Below the pieces are notes generated by a model that was given only the letters and a program-made list of their open reading frames with translations, was not told where the DNA came from and did not search any database. DNA of 63,962 nucleotides, counting the filler, from Trypethelium eluteriae (taxonomy: Eukaryota): the NCBI GenBank assembly GCA_051942245.1. It is 4 parts of 4 records of this genome, joined end to end, with 100 filler letters (N's around TTAATTAATTAA, not from the genome) between each part and the next. Parts side by side here need not be neighbours in the genome. Positions count along the whole stretch, not along the records: positions 1 to 16,101 come from JAVECL010000631.1; 3 more parts are not named here. One strand, 5' to 3'. The position numbers and the translations under genes were made by a program. Numbering within the stretch: position 1 is the first letter of the stretch; the number at the start of each line of letters is the position of its first letter. This document shows positions 1 through 14,993 of the stretch, one piece after another.

Positions 1-1211
1 GGATTTGAGTGCTGGTGAGGGTGGTGGTGGACGGGGTCGGGGCGGCGAGAGGAAGGAGAGGGACCGGTGGAGTCGCGCTCTTGGCGGTAGGCGGCTTTGA
101 TGATGGACTTGTCGTCGTTTTCGAGCTGCAGCGCGATGTCGCAGGGATAGGTGGTCTTGCCGACGAGGCGGACGAGGAAGCCGAAGGTAAAGCGGGCGCT
201 GCCCATCCAGCGCAGGTTCTCGGTACCAAGATCGCTTTCGGCAATGATGCCGACGGACTGGGAAAGGAAGGAGAGAGTACGCCGGTCGCCCTGGGTGATG
301 GACACGAGATCAAGGGGAGTTTTGAGGCCTTTGACGATGCAGAGGGCGGCGAGACTGGGGCTGTCGGTGCCGTTCAAGTTCCAGCTCATGGCATTGCCAG
401 TTCCGCAGGGTAGCTGGACGACAGCAACATCTGCGAGCGCTTGAGCAGCGTCTTTCTTTTTGCCGAGACCGTTGAAGACTTCATGGGGTACGCCGTCGCC
501 AGAGCAGCATGCTACGACGTCCCACGAATTGACATCTAAGTTCTCTGCTATTTCCACAGCATGACCATTGTATTGCGTCCGTTCAACGTCAATCTCACAG
601 CGTGCTGCCGCGAAGATGGGCTCAATGTCGCGCATGTACCATTTTGGTGCGCTACCCTTGCCTCCAAATGGATTGACAAGCACTTTTATCCTCTTCCGTC
701 GTTGAGAGGCGCCGTAGGCTCTATCTAGTAGCCTCTCAGTCCACGAAGCGGCTAGCGCCCTATCCGTCTTTTCAATGTTGTAATTAATGAAAGCGACACG
801 AACAATGTTCTTGGAGACAGGGTGAGCATGGTGAATTGTCAGCTCAAAGTCTGAGAGCTCTGCCCAAAGTATATTGAAGAAGGGGATTGCGCGCGTGGTC
901 TTCGATCCTAGGTTTCGTAAGCTTGTTGACATTAGGGGTGAGCTCAGGTTTGCTTACTTGGAAACAGTCCACAACAATTCAGAGGTTCTCTTCGGGCAAA
1001 TGCTTCATCTACAGGCCAGAGTCAGCAAGCTGAGATTTTATTCGAGCAATTGTCAGGCAATCATACCGAGCACAATCAGAGTATCCGTTCCAAGTGTCAG
1101 GGAGGCATCCCGGCCAACACTCAAGGTTGACTCGGCCACGAACTCGCGCTGATCCTCGGCCAAATCTGGGTCAGAGAAGGGATTGGCATGTTCGCCGGGT
1201 GCAGTGGTCAT
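1..1211 (-). CDS. Sphingoid long-chain base kinase (sphingosine kinase, LCB4/LCB5 family), 3' part runs off the window
   Basis: ATG at 1211 (MTTAPGEHANPFSD...). Two GT-AG introns at about 910-957 and 1008-1066. DAGK-type motifs LVNPFGGKG, VACCSGDGVPHEVFNGL, LPCGTGNAM and ESDLGTENLRWMG. Confidence 0.9.
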
Positions 1212-1742
1212 GATTTGGCACGTAATGAATATTCATACATGGTGTACGAATGCGTGAAACAAAAGGGAGGATGTTCTATGAGTTGCAGAGTAACAGCAAG
1301 CGGAGGTCACCGTTGTCATCTCCTGCGGCGAAGTTCCGGCCAACTCCCTGCCTGTCCTGGCACACCTCACGCCTGGTCCAACTTATGGCACCGCCTGCCC
1401 GCCGGTATTAATTAGAACTTCCGGCTGATTTCCTCTTCTGTGATCACTTGTCACTATTCTTCACAACGTTCAATATTGAATAATATTTCGACTACATGAA
1501 GTGCCCTCCAGTCCCCTTTCGCAGGAGGTCTACAACGCCAGATACAGCAGTCCTTACATGTGACTCCGAGCCTTGGACCAACTGAGCGTCGATAGGATGA
1601 CCAATATTCCTGCTAGCATGCAAACAACCATCTGCAGATCATGAACCTGGTCCGGAAAATTAGGCAGGCCGCGCTTCTTTCAACCCTTGCCACACTGCCC
1701 AATAGCATGGGTACATCAAGCAGAACTTTTTCTCTATCACAT

Positions 1743-4700
1743 TCACGATGTTATACCCCCAACCTTGTTCAGCCCTTTCAAGGATCCAAGACTTAAAGCC
1801 AAACCTTGCGATCTACTTCGGATTCTCACGAAGCCAGTGACGGGGCCATTCTCTCCTTCCTTTTCGATACTTAAGTTCGCTAAAGCGTCCTCGCCTGTGA
1901 AATATTAGCCTGAGTTCTCACTTTCGATAAGACAAATAGCTCGACTAACCAAAGACACTTCTCGCATATAAGTTAGCACTCAGGAACTGACAGTCGCCCT
2001 TCAGGCTTGCTTCTGGTGTCAGACAGCTCATGTTCGTGCAGGCCATGAGCTGCTTCAAGAACTCTCGCAAAGTCTTGGCTTTGGAATTGATGTTGACCTT
2101 GTTTTCCCACTCGAACTCGGTCCACATGGTCCTGAATTGTGTCTCCGTACAGTACGCAGGCTGGATGTAGTCCATGATGTCCACGTGAACATCATTCAAG
2201 ATGACCACGTTATTTTCAGTAGAGCTTGGGCCATCGTATACTACGTTACCAAAGATTACTCCCAGATCAGTAGAGGAAACCTTGATTGTGGATTGGACAT
2301 TTTGGAAGTCGTGGGGACCGAGGTTTTGGGTGGTTGGTCGTTCGACCACCTTAAGATCGCCCAGCGTTGCAAACTCAACCGAAAGGTTTTGTAGAGTCTC
2401 TAGAGTCTGATTGACGAGGAGGACATCGAGTACGATATCAAATTGATGGACCTTGACGTAAGCTTCTGCGTAGACGGGATCCGAGAAGCCCGTGAGCTGC
2501 ACTACTCTTGCCAGTTTTGATGATAAGTCCTCAGTGGCAGTATCACCACCGGTAGCTTTCTCCAGATCAAGTTCCATCTCGTCGGCGCCATCTACCATAT
2601 TCTTCTTGGCGAGTTGTCGGATATTAACGACGTCATCAATCTGAATAGCCGATTTGGCCTTTTCAACGGCTTCCTTAGCTGCTCGCTTCTTCTCTTCTGT
2701 TTGCACCATTGCCCTAAAAGCTTTGCGAGTGTCGTCGAGGAACACCGTCTCGAGGTCCTTCTTCTGTGCAAATTCGGCAAGAGACCGGACACAAGCCATG
2801 ACACGGTCCACCGAGTCTTCGTCGATGGGCGCTTTGACGAATTGGGACTGTCCAACACGAACGATTGAGATCATTATCAGCATAGCTTCTGCCCGTAAGG
2901 CATTTGTCCGTGCAGCATCTTGAGAGATCTCCGAATGCCGCATGACAAGCTTGGTGAGTGTAGCAGAAAGAACAGATGCCAAGTAGTAATCACCGTCGAG
3001 GATCAGCTGTCGTAGCGGAGGTTTTTGTTGAGCCTTCACAGCTTCTAATTTCGCCTTGGCGGCAGACTGGCTTGTCAAGGCACTTTCTGTGGCGTACGTG
3101 CCATCTGCAAGTACCTTGCGTGAGCCAGAGGGAGCTGAAGGCTTGGCGTGGCCATTAACTTGATCCTTGTTCGTTTCTGGAGGTTGTCCGTCGGGCTGGT
3201 CTTCCAGTAATCGTTGCTCTGATGCGAGGATGGGGATTTCCCCAAGGCTAGCCCGAATCTTCTTCCACGCCTCTCTGATATCGTTTGCTTCGAGTGAATA
3301 CTCGCCCACGATCCAGAGCGCGCCACGGTAAACCTTTCCAGCTCGCACTTCGCTCAGAGTAGATACCAGACGCTCCACAATAGACGGTCTGAGCTTAGGA
3401 AACCTTTCAACAACCTCCTTCACGAATGAAATGACATCGACGGCGGAGGCATTATTAAAGTCTGCAATAAAATCCATGAGAAGCTCAACAACACTGGCGG
3501 CAACCTCTGAGAATTTGATGGCACATTGATGTATCGAGTTGATAAGCAATGATCGGTATTCGTTGTTCTGCATTGACATTAGTGAATTCAGCGTATGTTT
3601 TGTCGGGCTACATACCTTTTCATATTGCTCATCAACGGTTTTCGACAGTTCCTTCTTGAGCAGCAGAACAACCTCTTCAACATTCTTGCTCGTAACCATT
3701 TCCAAGGCCAAAGTAAGTGCTTTTCTTCGAACATCAAGATCGGGACTTGATAGTACACGTAGGATTTCCATAACGAGATCGTCAAGGATACCTTCATTCT
3801 TTTCGCGTAACTGGTCAACCTTTTCCAGTACAATAAGCTTGACATTATTGTCAGGCTCTTTGATACTCAGCTCGATGAACTTAGAAGCGGCAGCTTTCAC
3901 AGCTACTGGGTTGTTAGTGAGCGCGGTCAAGGAGGATGCAGCTTCGTAGACCACTGTCGAGGTATTCGCTTCTAGAAGGTCAAAGATCAATCGAAGATAG
4001 CGCGCCTATTGTGCACTTCAGCATTATCATCCGGTGGCAGTCATGATCCTAGTTCTCATACCTTATTCTGAGCATTTGTGATTGCATCCTTTCGGATAAA
4101 TTCCATCTCTGCCAGCTGCAGTAGTTCATCTGCATTGGGAATGCCATCGAAAACGCTGCCAAGATACTCCAGCGCTTTATCATGGCTGATTTGTTGTAGA
4201 GCAGCAAATGCATTTCGCTTGCAGGTGTGATCGCTCTCGGTTTCTAGGAAAGCGTAGAGGAGGTCGGGTGCATCGGGAATCACTGATTCAAAATGTGTGT
4301 AAATCGAGGCAACTGCAAAGACAGCATTTTTCCGGACGTAAGCATGGCGGTGCTCAAGACATGCGCGTGCAGGTGCAAGCAATGGCTCTATCAGCTCATG
4401 TTCTCGAAGCTTGCATAGGAAACGAAGCGTCATTCCCCGAATGTACTCGTTTGGATGTTGGAGGTCGAATCGAATGCCGTTACTGTACGATACGCATTAG
4501 AGGTTACTGGATGTCAATGCCGGAATGACGTACCAGACGAGAATCATCTCCTGCTTGAGCTTGCCGTTCGAATCATGTTTTGGACATATCTCATAGTACA
4601 GATAGAGAAGTTTCTTCAATGCCTTGCTCTTGGATGGCATTACAAACCGAATAATATGCATGAGCAATTGAGGCATTGGGTCTCCATTCAGCATGACTGT

Positions 4701-4838
4701 CAGGACCCGCTTCATTGTTTCAACCTTGGTGTCATCGTTTCCCTTTTCAAGCTGATTCTTGAGCTCTTGCAGTGTGGGCTGATCCGAGGCATTATCGATG
4801 TGGACCAAGCTGTAACTGTGATCGAGAAAGGTCGCCAT
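1743..4838 (-). CDS. SEC26: Coatomer (COPI) subunit beta
   Basis: N-terminus [13 protein letters not shown]...[23 protein letters not shown]-terminal [23 protein letters not shown]...[15 protein letters not shown]. Four GT-AG introns, including an in-frame 48-nt one at 3568-3615. Stop TGA at 1745-1743. Confidence 0.97.
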
Positions 4839-5278
4839 CCTGGACCAAGTTGAGGACTCCGGACGACCAAGCTTCTGTCGTTATGGGCACTGTTTGCCAG
4901 TGACTCTACTTATGGCCTCACGTTCGAACAAATGGATTGTGGGCGGAACTGAGGGGCGGTGGCTTGCTAGGTGGTGCTGGTAGAATTCGGAGGCGAGAGA
5001 ATGGAAAGGACAGGATTTTAAAGATATTCGAGTGAGTTTGGCATACTGCTCAGGATTGGCGCATAATGTCTGGAGCTCCGGATATTGAATGAGGCTCGCT
5101 GGTGTGGTCCGCGGTGTTTTGTATGCTACAAGTGTTCTCTGTAAGAATTTAGAAGTTGGCCAAAGCGCCCTCTTCACAAGGCAGACGAACTTCTTGCCGA
5201 AAACCTTCTCCATTATGATCTTTCTACACCTTCAGTAAACGGTCGATATACTTCAATAAAAATAAAGTAGAGGTCACC

Positions 5279-6063
5279 ATGGGTTCCACCAACGAGCCAT
5301 TCTACCTCAGATATTAGTGGGTTGCCCTTCTTATTCGACTTTATGAGTACCGAGCTAAAGATATAACAGCTCTGGTCATTCTGGCAGATTTGGTCACGAA
5401 TTTTTAGGTCTGCTTCACCATCTTTGTTTTGACGTATTGTTTCCACTTTCTCATACTGTTTTGCAGAATTCGATTTTCGTGTCCTAGGGGACGGCCGAAG
5501 CGCCTTCGCAAGATACGCAAACAACTCAAACTATCGCAATGATTCACTCATCCGAAAAGAAAGTCAGTGATTAGTTCCGCCTCCAAGAAAGATTCGCTAA
5601 GCTCCGTATCAGTGTGCATCAGTTCGCTTATGATTTCTGAGATCAAGCGAATGGTCAAGGAAAGCGAGGTTATGAAGTATGCAAGATGTAGAACGTTCTC
5701 CTTGCGCTCTAGCTCACAGCATCCAGGGAAGACGATACCAAATGGCCCCAGAAAAACAAGGATGGTCGTCAAGAGCTTGAGATACGCATGGGGAACGACC
5801 ACATCTCGTTTGAGGTATTCCTTTTTTGGTCTTCCTTGCTTCAACGCTACTCACAAAAATCTAGACAGCCAAGATAGGGTCACTTCATGACGTGACCGAA
5901 TCCGAGGATCCAGAAGGTCTCCGAGTGTTCTACTACCTTGTGCAGGACCTGAAAGCTCTGGTTTTCTCGTTAATATCACTTCACTTTAAGGTACAATTGC
6001 CCTTGCGAGCTCATATGCAGCGGTTTGCTAAGATATTATCGATCATAGATCAAGCCAATCTAG
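5279..6063 (+). CDS. MAGO: Mago nashi, exon junction complex core protein (multi-exon)
   Basis: Spliced translation [25 protein letters not shown]...[17 protein letters not shown]...[15 protein letters not shown]...[32 protein letters not shown]. About six short GT-AG introns. Confidence 0.96.
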
Positions 6064-6572
6064 ACAGCCTGGCAATTGACGTGATATAACAGTCTGGCGG
6101 CGTTTGGGTGTTCTAGGAAAGCTGTGGGGAAAAGCAGCCAATTTTGCCTACAACCTGTGGACAAGTGGTCAATCAGGATGGGTAGGACGTTCGAAGATTC
6201 CCATAAGGTACCACAATTTGTACATACGCAGGAATAAATTGAATGATAGTCAAAGCGATGCAGTTGAGACGTAACATGATAGTGTGCATGGGTTCGATGG
6301 TAAACGTGATTAGCCAGGGCGTTCGCGAATCCTTTCCCCGCGCTCAGGGCGGTTTGGTCTGGTCTGGTTCTTTGCGCCATCAGATCCGTTGATCCAGACG
6401 AGACGAGACCCATCGGCCTGCGCAGAGCAGAATTCAAACTATTCCTCTTCTCACAAATTACATATGCCCAATCACCCAACCTCCATTTGTCCACTTTTTT
6501 CTTTAGCCTACTAATGAGTGGACGCCCTATGTCTCCCTCTTTCCATTCTTGACTTGTCTTCTAAACTTTACT

Positions 6573-7757
6573 ATGCCGACTCCGAGCAATGAGACACGAT
6601 CGCTACTTTCGCCTCCCTCAGATGCCCTAGACCATCGCAGCCAGCACGCGACATGCCCACCCGAGGAAAATAGAACTTCTGAACACCATGCTGAAGAGGC
6701 GGAGGAACAATCGCAAACAAATGCCACCGTAGACAATGCAGCCACACCTCCAGCACAACAGCCGACGCCAGCGAGTGACGCGACGGAGTCGGCGTCAGCG
6801 GAGATCAATGATGCTACAGATTCGCTCGCAAAGCGCATGGATATTGACGAGGATGGTCCACTCAGGGATACTCCAAGTCCAATGTCTTCTGCGACCGAAT
6901 CCAAGGACAGTGAACAACCAGCTCCAGTTAGCTCTCAAGCGTCCACAGCGCAGTCAATATCAATACCTTACGCCTCTCTCGAATCTCCATGGGTTGGGCA
7001 ACATCGAGTATGGCTTTAGGCTTCAAGGACCATTACGCAATGCTAATGCCCTCTTAGTTTCTGCCCAATTCCACCTCTTCGTATTTGCGACCTGGCAGCA
7101 AATTTCGCGGATCCCAACAGTCCGATCGGCAGGTGTATGACGTGCAGGTCGAAATAAAACATGTCGACATGGCCGAATCGTTTCTTTGCGGTTATCTCCG
7201 CATCCAAGGTACGTCTGTCGCTACCGCGTGTGTCTTTCAATTCCTCACGTCTGATACGCTGTAGGGCTTACCGATGACCATCCTACCCTGACGACTTACT
7301 TTGAGGGTGAAATCATTGGTACGAAATACACTTTTCAAACGAAGCATCCCGAATGGGGTTCCAGCGAAAAGGTGGATATGCAGCACTGGGGTCGATTCGC
7401 GGCGTGGCGACCGCTAGCAAAACAGGCCAAGCGGCCAGACTTTAGCTACAAAAATTATGCGCAACGGGAACATTTGTTTATGAGATGGAAAGAGTATTTT
7501 CTTGTGCCGGACCATCTTGTACGCACGATTCCGGGCGCCAGCTTTGAAGGCTTTTACTATATTTGCTTCAACCAGATTAATGGGACGATCAGCGGCATCT
7601 ACTTTCATGCCAAGAGTGAGCGGTAAGTGCAGAACCCGTTTAGAGCAAGGCAGAGCTCGGTCTCAAGTTCATTCGCTAATAAGCAAGCAGGTATCAGCAA
7701 TTAGAACTCAAGCATGTTGATGATCATGGGTGTCAAGGCGCCATGGAGTTTCGATGA
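6573..7757 (+). CDS. GID4: GID/CTLH E3 ligase substrate receptor Gid4/Vid24
   Basis: Spliced motifs FRGSQQSDRQVYDVQVEIKHVDMAESFLCGYLRIQGLTDDHPTLTTYFEGEIIG, FMRWKEYFLVPDH and GASFEGFYYICF. Ends ...GAMEFR* at 7757. Confidence 0.93.
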
Positions 7758-8147
7758 GATGAATGATGACTGATGATTAGCGATGGATTTACCGGGATCT
7801 GCATGCTTTTGGGGATTGCCAATTTGGGTCTGGTCTTCTGAGCGAAGAAAGCTTCTTTCAGCAGGCATTTTAAGGTGTCTGCAGGGCGGAGATGGATTCT
7901 TGGCATGCTGGGCAGCTGGCAGCTTGTGTGCAACAATTGTTTTCCTGTTGATAATGTACTAGAACGCCCCTCCAATGTTCAATTTGTCAAATGTTGTGAG
8001 GGAATCAATATCTTTTCACTTATCGCGTGATATGGTCCTAGGTAGACTTTTCAAACGCTCTGGCCTAGTGTTGCTCCCTACCTCACATTGCTCGCCCGTC
8101 TTCGAACTCGAAATCTAAAATTCCCTACTCGTATCAGAACCTTGTAG

Positions 8148-9402
<1,255 letters not shown>

Positions 9403-9584
9403 TCAGTGGCCGCCGGAACGTGAGAATCTCCCTTCATATTGTGGAGTAGAGGTAGAATAGATAAGAGCTTTGCGCGCCATATTCTTCATCTAAGCTGGAG
9501 CGGCTGCATGGACTATCATAGATGCCAATGAAGATTCCACACGAAGTACACTGTTCTACAAGACTGTCTTGAAAGACACACCGC

Positions 9585-11079
9585 TTATTCAAAATTATAC
9601 CTCAGCCATTCTCCTACCGCCCTTAAACTCTCCCACCTCACACTCTCGTCTGCCTCCTGCATCAGTCCCATTACCCGGCCCTTCAGCCCGACCTTCTCCA
9701 ACTGCGTCCTCTTCTCCGGTACCTCCTTGACAAGACACGCCACATCATTGCACCCAATCGCTAGCACTTGCTTATCATTATCCCACGTCTTGCTCATGAT
9801 CTCCGCTAGCTTCTTCGGCAGCTCGCCATTCCCTTCCTCGACGATCCTCCGCGCATTCTCCCGCCAGAACTGCGGATTGCGATGAGGCGGCGACCACCGT
9901 AGGTGTCCGGACTGCACTTCGGCGGCATACTGATCAAATGTCGTCTGTGTCTTGGTATATTCGTCGAGCATTTCCTTCAGGGCGTTCAGGTCCTCAAGAA
10001 GATCTTCGTCCGTGAGGTGGCGACCTTGGAGCGTTTGGAGGAGGGTGGGAAGCTTGATGAGGGTTGCAGCTGGTAGGAGAGTATTGCGGTTTGAGGATAG
10101 GAGATTGTAAAGTGTGGAAAGTAGGATGCGGGTTGTTTTCTCTTTCGGCGAGAGGCGGAGCAGTTGGCAGTACAGCGGTATTATGTCGTGTTCGTCCTCA
10201 AGACCTTCACCGATTAAGCTTCCTTCGAAGCTAAGCTGCCACACAACGAGTAAAACGTGATAGAGCAGTTGAATGCCAACTCCGCCGCTCAGACCGACCT
10301 CTGTGGCTGATCGGATGCTGTTGCCTCCACTCCACAGTGTAGAGTCCGATTCCTTTGGTGCACCTGCTGCAGCTCGAAGGATGTCTATGAGCGGGTTCAG
10401 TGTTTCCTTGCGTTGTTTCCAGAATACTTCCCTTGATTTTCTAGCCCGTAGTAGAGATGAGTACTCCTGCACTGCAATATCTTGAAGGCCAGCATCGGAG
10501 CTCTTCGCTAGTGTCGATATAAAAGCATATAACTTTGATAATGCATCTTCAATTTCCGGAGAGAGTTTTGGCACGACTAATTGAGCTTGAGAGAGCAGAC
10601 TGGACAGGACAGTCGAGGCAAGCAATGGAACTGGGTCTTCGGCATTATTCGAGTACTTAAGGAGAGGGAGAAATGGTTCGAAAGGGTTGGGATGTTGTAC
10701 TAGCTCTGATACGAATGATGGAATATCTGTTGAGGTTGTTTCAGCATGTATTGGAAGCTAGCGAATATGATATTATTGGCCTACCATCGACGATATCCCC
10801 CGCAAGTACCAGCATGTACTGAATGATATCTTGTCTCTTGAATGCAGCCTGGAATATGCTCTGTGCACCATTTCCTCCCAGTAACAAGGTGCTGTAGCTT
10901 TGCGGATCTGCCTCAATTGTCTGCTTTCTTTGCTCTTTTCTCACCTTATCCACCGACTTGATTCTCTTCAGATCTTCATCTGTTATCGTCCGTGCCCGCA
11001 CTGCGCCTTCCCATGAAATTGGTCTGGCGCGAATATTGTTTTGTAAAGAGACTATATAGGTTGGGGGATCAATAGACAT
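9585..11079 (-). CDS. VMA13: V-type ATPase V1 subunit H
   Basis: MSIDPPTYIVSLQNNIRARPISWEGAVRA start; C-terminal LRWSPPHRNPQFWREN and KGRVMGLMQEADESVRWESLRAV; one intron at about 10727-10783. Confidence 0.95.
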
Positions 11080-11724
11080 TTTAGAAGGTTCGAGAGGCTC
11101 GGTATATGGTGTGGACTCGTAGGTGGGAGGGAAATGAGGCCTTCGAAGGGTCACGCTGCTGTCCTTATCGAAGCTTGTGACGTTGCAGCTCAAGCTGTTG
11201 GCGCAGATAGCGGTGAAGGGCGGCAGAAAGGCTGGCTTCGAAAGATGCGATGCCATCCCTGACCTGAGCCTCGGTGGGGTATTTCTATTTTAGATCAGAC
11301 TGAGCGTGTTTTCGAATACTGCTCACGGAGACACAGAATATCTGTCGAATAATAGGTTTCAGACCAAGACTGTGGAGTTCTACGCGCAGTAATATTTGGT
11401 ACAGGCCTACATTGGTGTGCAACAGCCAGCAGCAGAGGAGCTCTCGGGGTCAGAATGATTCTGAGTGTCGGATTTTGAAACCTGCGCATGAACCTACGCA
11501 GGCATATATCGATATTACTAAACGGCTGTACGATATTCCAAAGCTGATGGTCAAATGAGCAGCGTTAGACACCAATTCTGGATGAGATAAGAGCCTTGCT
11601 TTATAGGTGTAACATCGACGTATGTAACGTGAAAGTGGAGCGCGTCGCTCGCTAATCTGTTCATTGGAGTAACCACCGCTTTAAAAAGAGAGATGCCAGA
11701 CTCTCTATTATATAAACCTGTATA

Positions 11725-13594
11725 TCAAGTCATTATCCTAGGCGCCGGTTTCTTCTCCCTCTTCATGAAGCTAGCAACAATAAACGAAAGTGCGGCTACT
11801 GCAATTGCTAGTGTCCAGACGTTCTGGATTGCGCCCATAACCTCATCCAGTACTTGCGCCTTCTTGTCTCCAGGAAGGTCGCGGAAAATCTGCGCATCAA
11901 CACCGGAAATGGCCGCCTGTACTATATTTCTAGGTATGTCCGGCAATGTATGTTGTATGCCATCGGCCGCCCGATTGAGGAATATCGAATTGGCTACTGC
12001 TAAAAAGATGGCAATGGAGCCAAGCTGCGTGCAGCCAATTATTGTAACAGCGTCCGGGGCTTGTGTCTGGCGAACCTTAGCCTGGGCCAAAGGGTAGGAT
12101 GCTTGAATGTATAGACTGAGACCAGCGCTGTATAATACCGAGTATCCATAGAGTCGAGCATACGATGACGCGTTGTTGATGGTGTACATAAGTGCCGTTC
12201 CAGCAACGGCCAACAAGCTACCAGTCAAATACCAGTATGCATAGTAGCCAATTCTCTCCACAAGAGAACCAGTCAGCAGCATGAAGACTACCGCCGAAAA
12301 AATCATAGGCAGGAGCTTAACAGCGGCTGAAAGTGCTGATTCAGATCGGACAAACTGTAGGTAGATGGGAATATAGTTCAAGCCGATGAAGAGGAGGCCG
12401 ATAGGACACGCAGTCTGGATTATTAGAATAAACATCCCTTCGCCATCCCTAAATGTTTGCACCGGCAAGATCTGGTTATGCTTTGTAGTTAATATGGTCT
12501 TACCTTGCTGCACTCCTAGCAGGCTCACAAGAGCCGCAAAACAGCAGAAGAGGCCGATTATTTGCCCGCTACCCCAGGCATACCTTGCGCCTCCAAAGGA
12601 GATTGCCATTATCAAAGAAACAAAAGATCCGGCGAAAAGGATGGAACCGACGCAATCAATCCTTTTGATCAACATCCAAGTCGATGCAGTGCAGTCAGGT
12701 ACCGGCCAGCGTAGTGGTAACAGAAAGACGTAGATCGGGATCAGGACCGCGCCAGCAATAATGTTCAGGTAAAAGCTCCATCGCCAACCTGCATTTGACT
12801 GGGCAAAGAGACCTCCAACAATTGGGCCAACTCTACATTTTTGATCAGTCATCGATACGGCATGAGTGCAGCCTTGGCTTACACAGTTCCACCTCCCCAC
12901 GTAATCCCAAAAAAGCTGAAATAGAGCGGTCGCTCCTTTTCGCTTGTAAATGCAGAGATGATGTTCATTGCGCCGATATAGAGACCGTTTCCACCAATCC
13001 CGCATACTACTCGACCGATGATGAGCGTGTCCATATTCTGCGCAGCACCGCAAACAGCGGATCCGACTTCAAATAGCAGTACCGCGGACAGGAACAGCTT
13101 TTTCGTCTCGAAGATGCCGTACAGCTTTCCCCTGTGATAGCGATTACAAGGTCAGCCAATGGTTGCATGAAACAGCCTACAATCCTCACAGCGCTCAATT
13201 CGTCCATATAAGACAGAGCTTACCAGATAAGTCCGGATGCGACTGCTCCAAGACTGTAGTTCACGTTGATCCATGGAAATTTTGAGATTTCACCGAATGC
13301 TTCGACAATTTGTGGCTGCAGGTCTGCTACTACTGTATTGTCCAACGCAAGTAATATCGTCGCAAACAGCACACCACCGCTAAGCAAGATCCATTGCCAA
13401 GTTTTCAAGTCCCTGGGCGGTATGTCCTGTACGGGTATAATCACTTCAGTGGGTTCAATGGCCCCATTATCAAGGGTCTCTTTTGGTTGTAAGCCACAGC
13501 TAGCTTCACGTGCGATCTCTGAACTGGTGCGGCTAGGCGTCTGGCCGTCCGAAATAGAGGCGCCTGATCGATTCGGAGATTCGTGTGAAGTCAT
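11725..13594 (-). CDS. MFS drug:H+ antiporter (DHA2, 14-TM efflux pump)
   Basis: LLALDNTVVADLQPQI, WGKLYGIF, GSAVCGAA-NMDTLIIGR and GPIVGGLF...WRWSFYLN motifs; two introns. Start codon uncertain (see finding). Confidence 0.88.
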
Positions 13595-14993
13595 CACAAG
13601 CACTGCTGAGGATACCTCATGTTTCAGCTTCTCCAGTTGCGTTCTTTCGTGCCACGTAGCCGCTCATGACTGCCTGAGGCGGGCCGTAGAAACAATTCAG
13701 TATACTGCATCAAGGACACTGTTGGACATTGTGGGTAAGATCACTCATGCATTGAGGATGCTGATGTAAACTTTCTGCTTGCCAGAGAGTCGTGATCGTA
13801 ATGAAATCAATGTTGCGCAGCAGCCACTGAGAGGCTGAAGATGAAGACCAACCACACTTTGGGGGCAACAGAGGACCAGAGACTGCATCGGTAGCACTAT
13901 CTTAGGACATGCGACTTTGTCATTGACGTCGTTGAGGCCATGAGCCGAGCGGGCCGTCTGGCGGATCGTCAGCTCAACAACGAATATTTCCTAGTCCAGA
14001 AGCAAGCCACTCATCGCTCGATTGGGATGTAGCTCGGCAGAAATCCATTTATCGCCTTCGGTAACCTCATGTATATGTAAGTAAGGCTCCATCATCCTCT
14101 CTGGAATGGAGATCGCAGCAAATTGGTACGCCACACATGCTGAGACAGTTGGCGACTTGAAGTGGGCTAAAAAGTCTCATCCAGCAAGGTCGGACAGCTG
14201 GAGAGCATAACTTATGGCCATGATTAGCCCTGGAGTTAAATCTGTGGTCCTACTTAATGAAAACCTGGGAGTGTGAGGCTGGGAGTTGAGCAGAGCTATC
14301 GTTTCCGTATCACTTAGTCTGAATGAATGAATTGTACCTCTTTACGTGTAGGCGATGTATGTGTTTCTCTTCTCTATGATGATAGGATTTTTTCTCATTG
14401 AATATGCTAAGCCTTGTAAGAGACATATGTGCCTAGGCTGTGTAAGAATGCCCTTCAGATTGACGAGGAAAACCTTCACTCGACACAGTTTTGTTAGTTT
14501 ATCCCGAGATGGATCTACCTGCTTCTTACGTTTTTTGCATGGCTTTCTTCATGCTAGCGTGCTTCGTAATAGTTTATCCCAATATTATGCGGGGTTCCGA
14601 TTCGAGTATGCCTTTACTATCTGCTAAAAGGCTGCTGGTGCTTTGAGTAAGGCCCGAAGTCGGGAAAATCAATGAAGGATGGAGAACTAGTATGACAAGT
14701 TGTCGCTGGTTAGACTGCCATTACTCGACGATGCAGAGGCCTTCAATGCTCAAACCGATGAGAGAAGATTGTACTTCCGAATTTTTGGGAGACGTCACAA
14801 ATTCCCCGCCGCTGAGAAATCCAACGCTCCCCTTTTGCCCGCATGTCTGCTTTGTCTTCTGATCGCCACCATGCCTTCCGTCTTCAAATCTTCTTTTCTC
14901 ACTTCTCCAAGAACACACTCTCACGAATTTCTCATGTACATACCGTTTGCGTTATCCTCTCCTCTGCTTCGAGACCAAGAGATCACTTAGAGC

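Noticed and set aside
3568..3615. Apparent 16-aa insertion ([16 protein letters not shown]) in COPI beta
   Set aside because: It is a 48-nt GTATGT...CTAAT...CAG intron that happens to preserve frame.
7763..7841. ATGATGA...CTGA box C/D-like pair after GID4
   Set aside because: No terminal stem or recognisable rRNA guide; it starts a few bases after the stop codon and is consistent with an ordinary 3' UTR.
11725..13207. Apparent frameshift or pseudogene in the MFS body suggested by the ORF track
   Set aside because: Frames are reconciled by two canonical GT-AG introns; the spliced protein is continuous.
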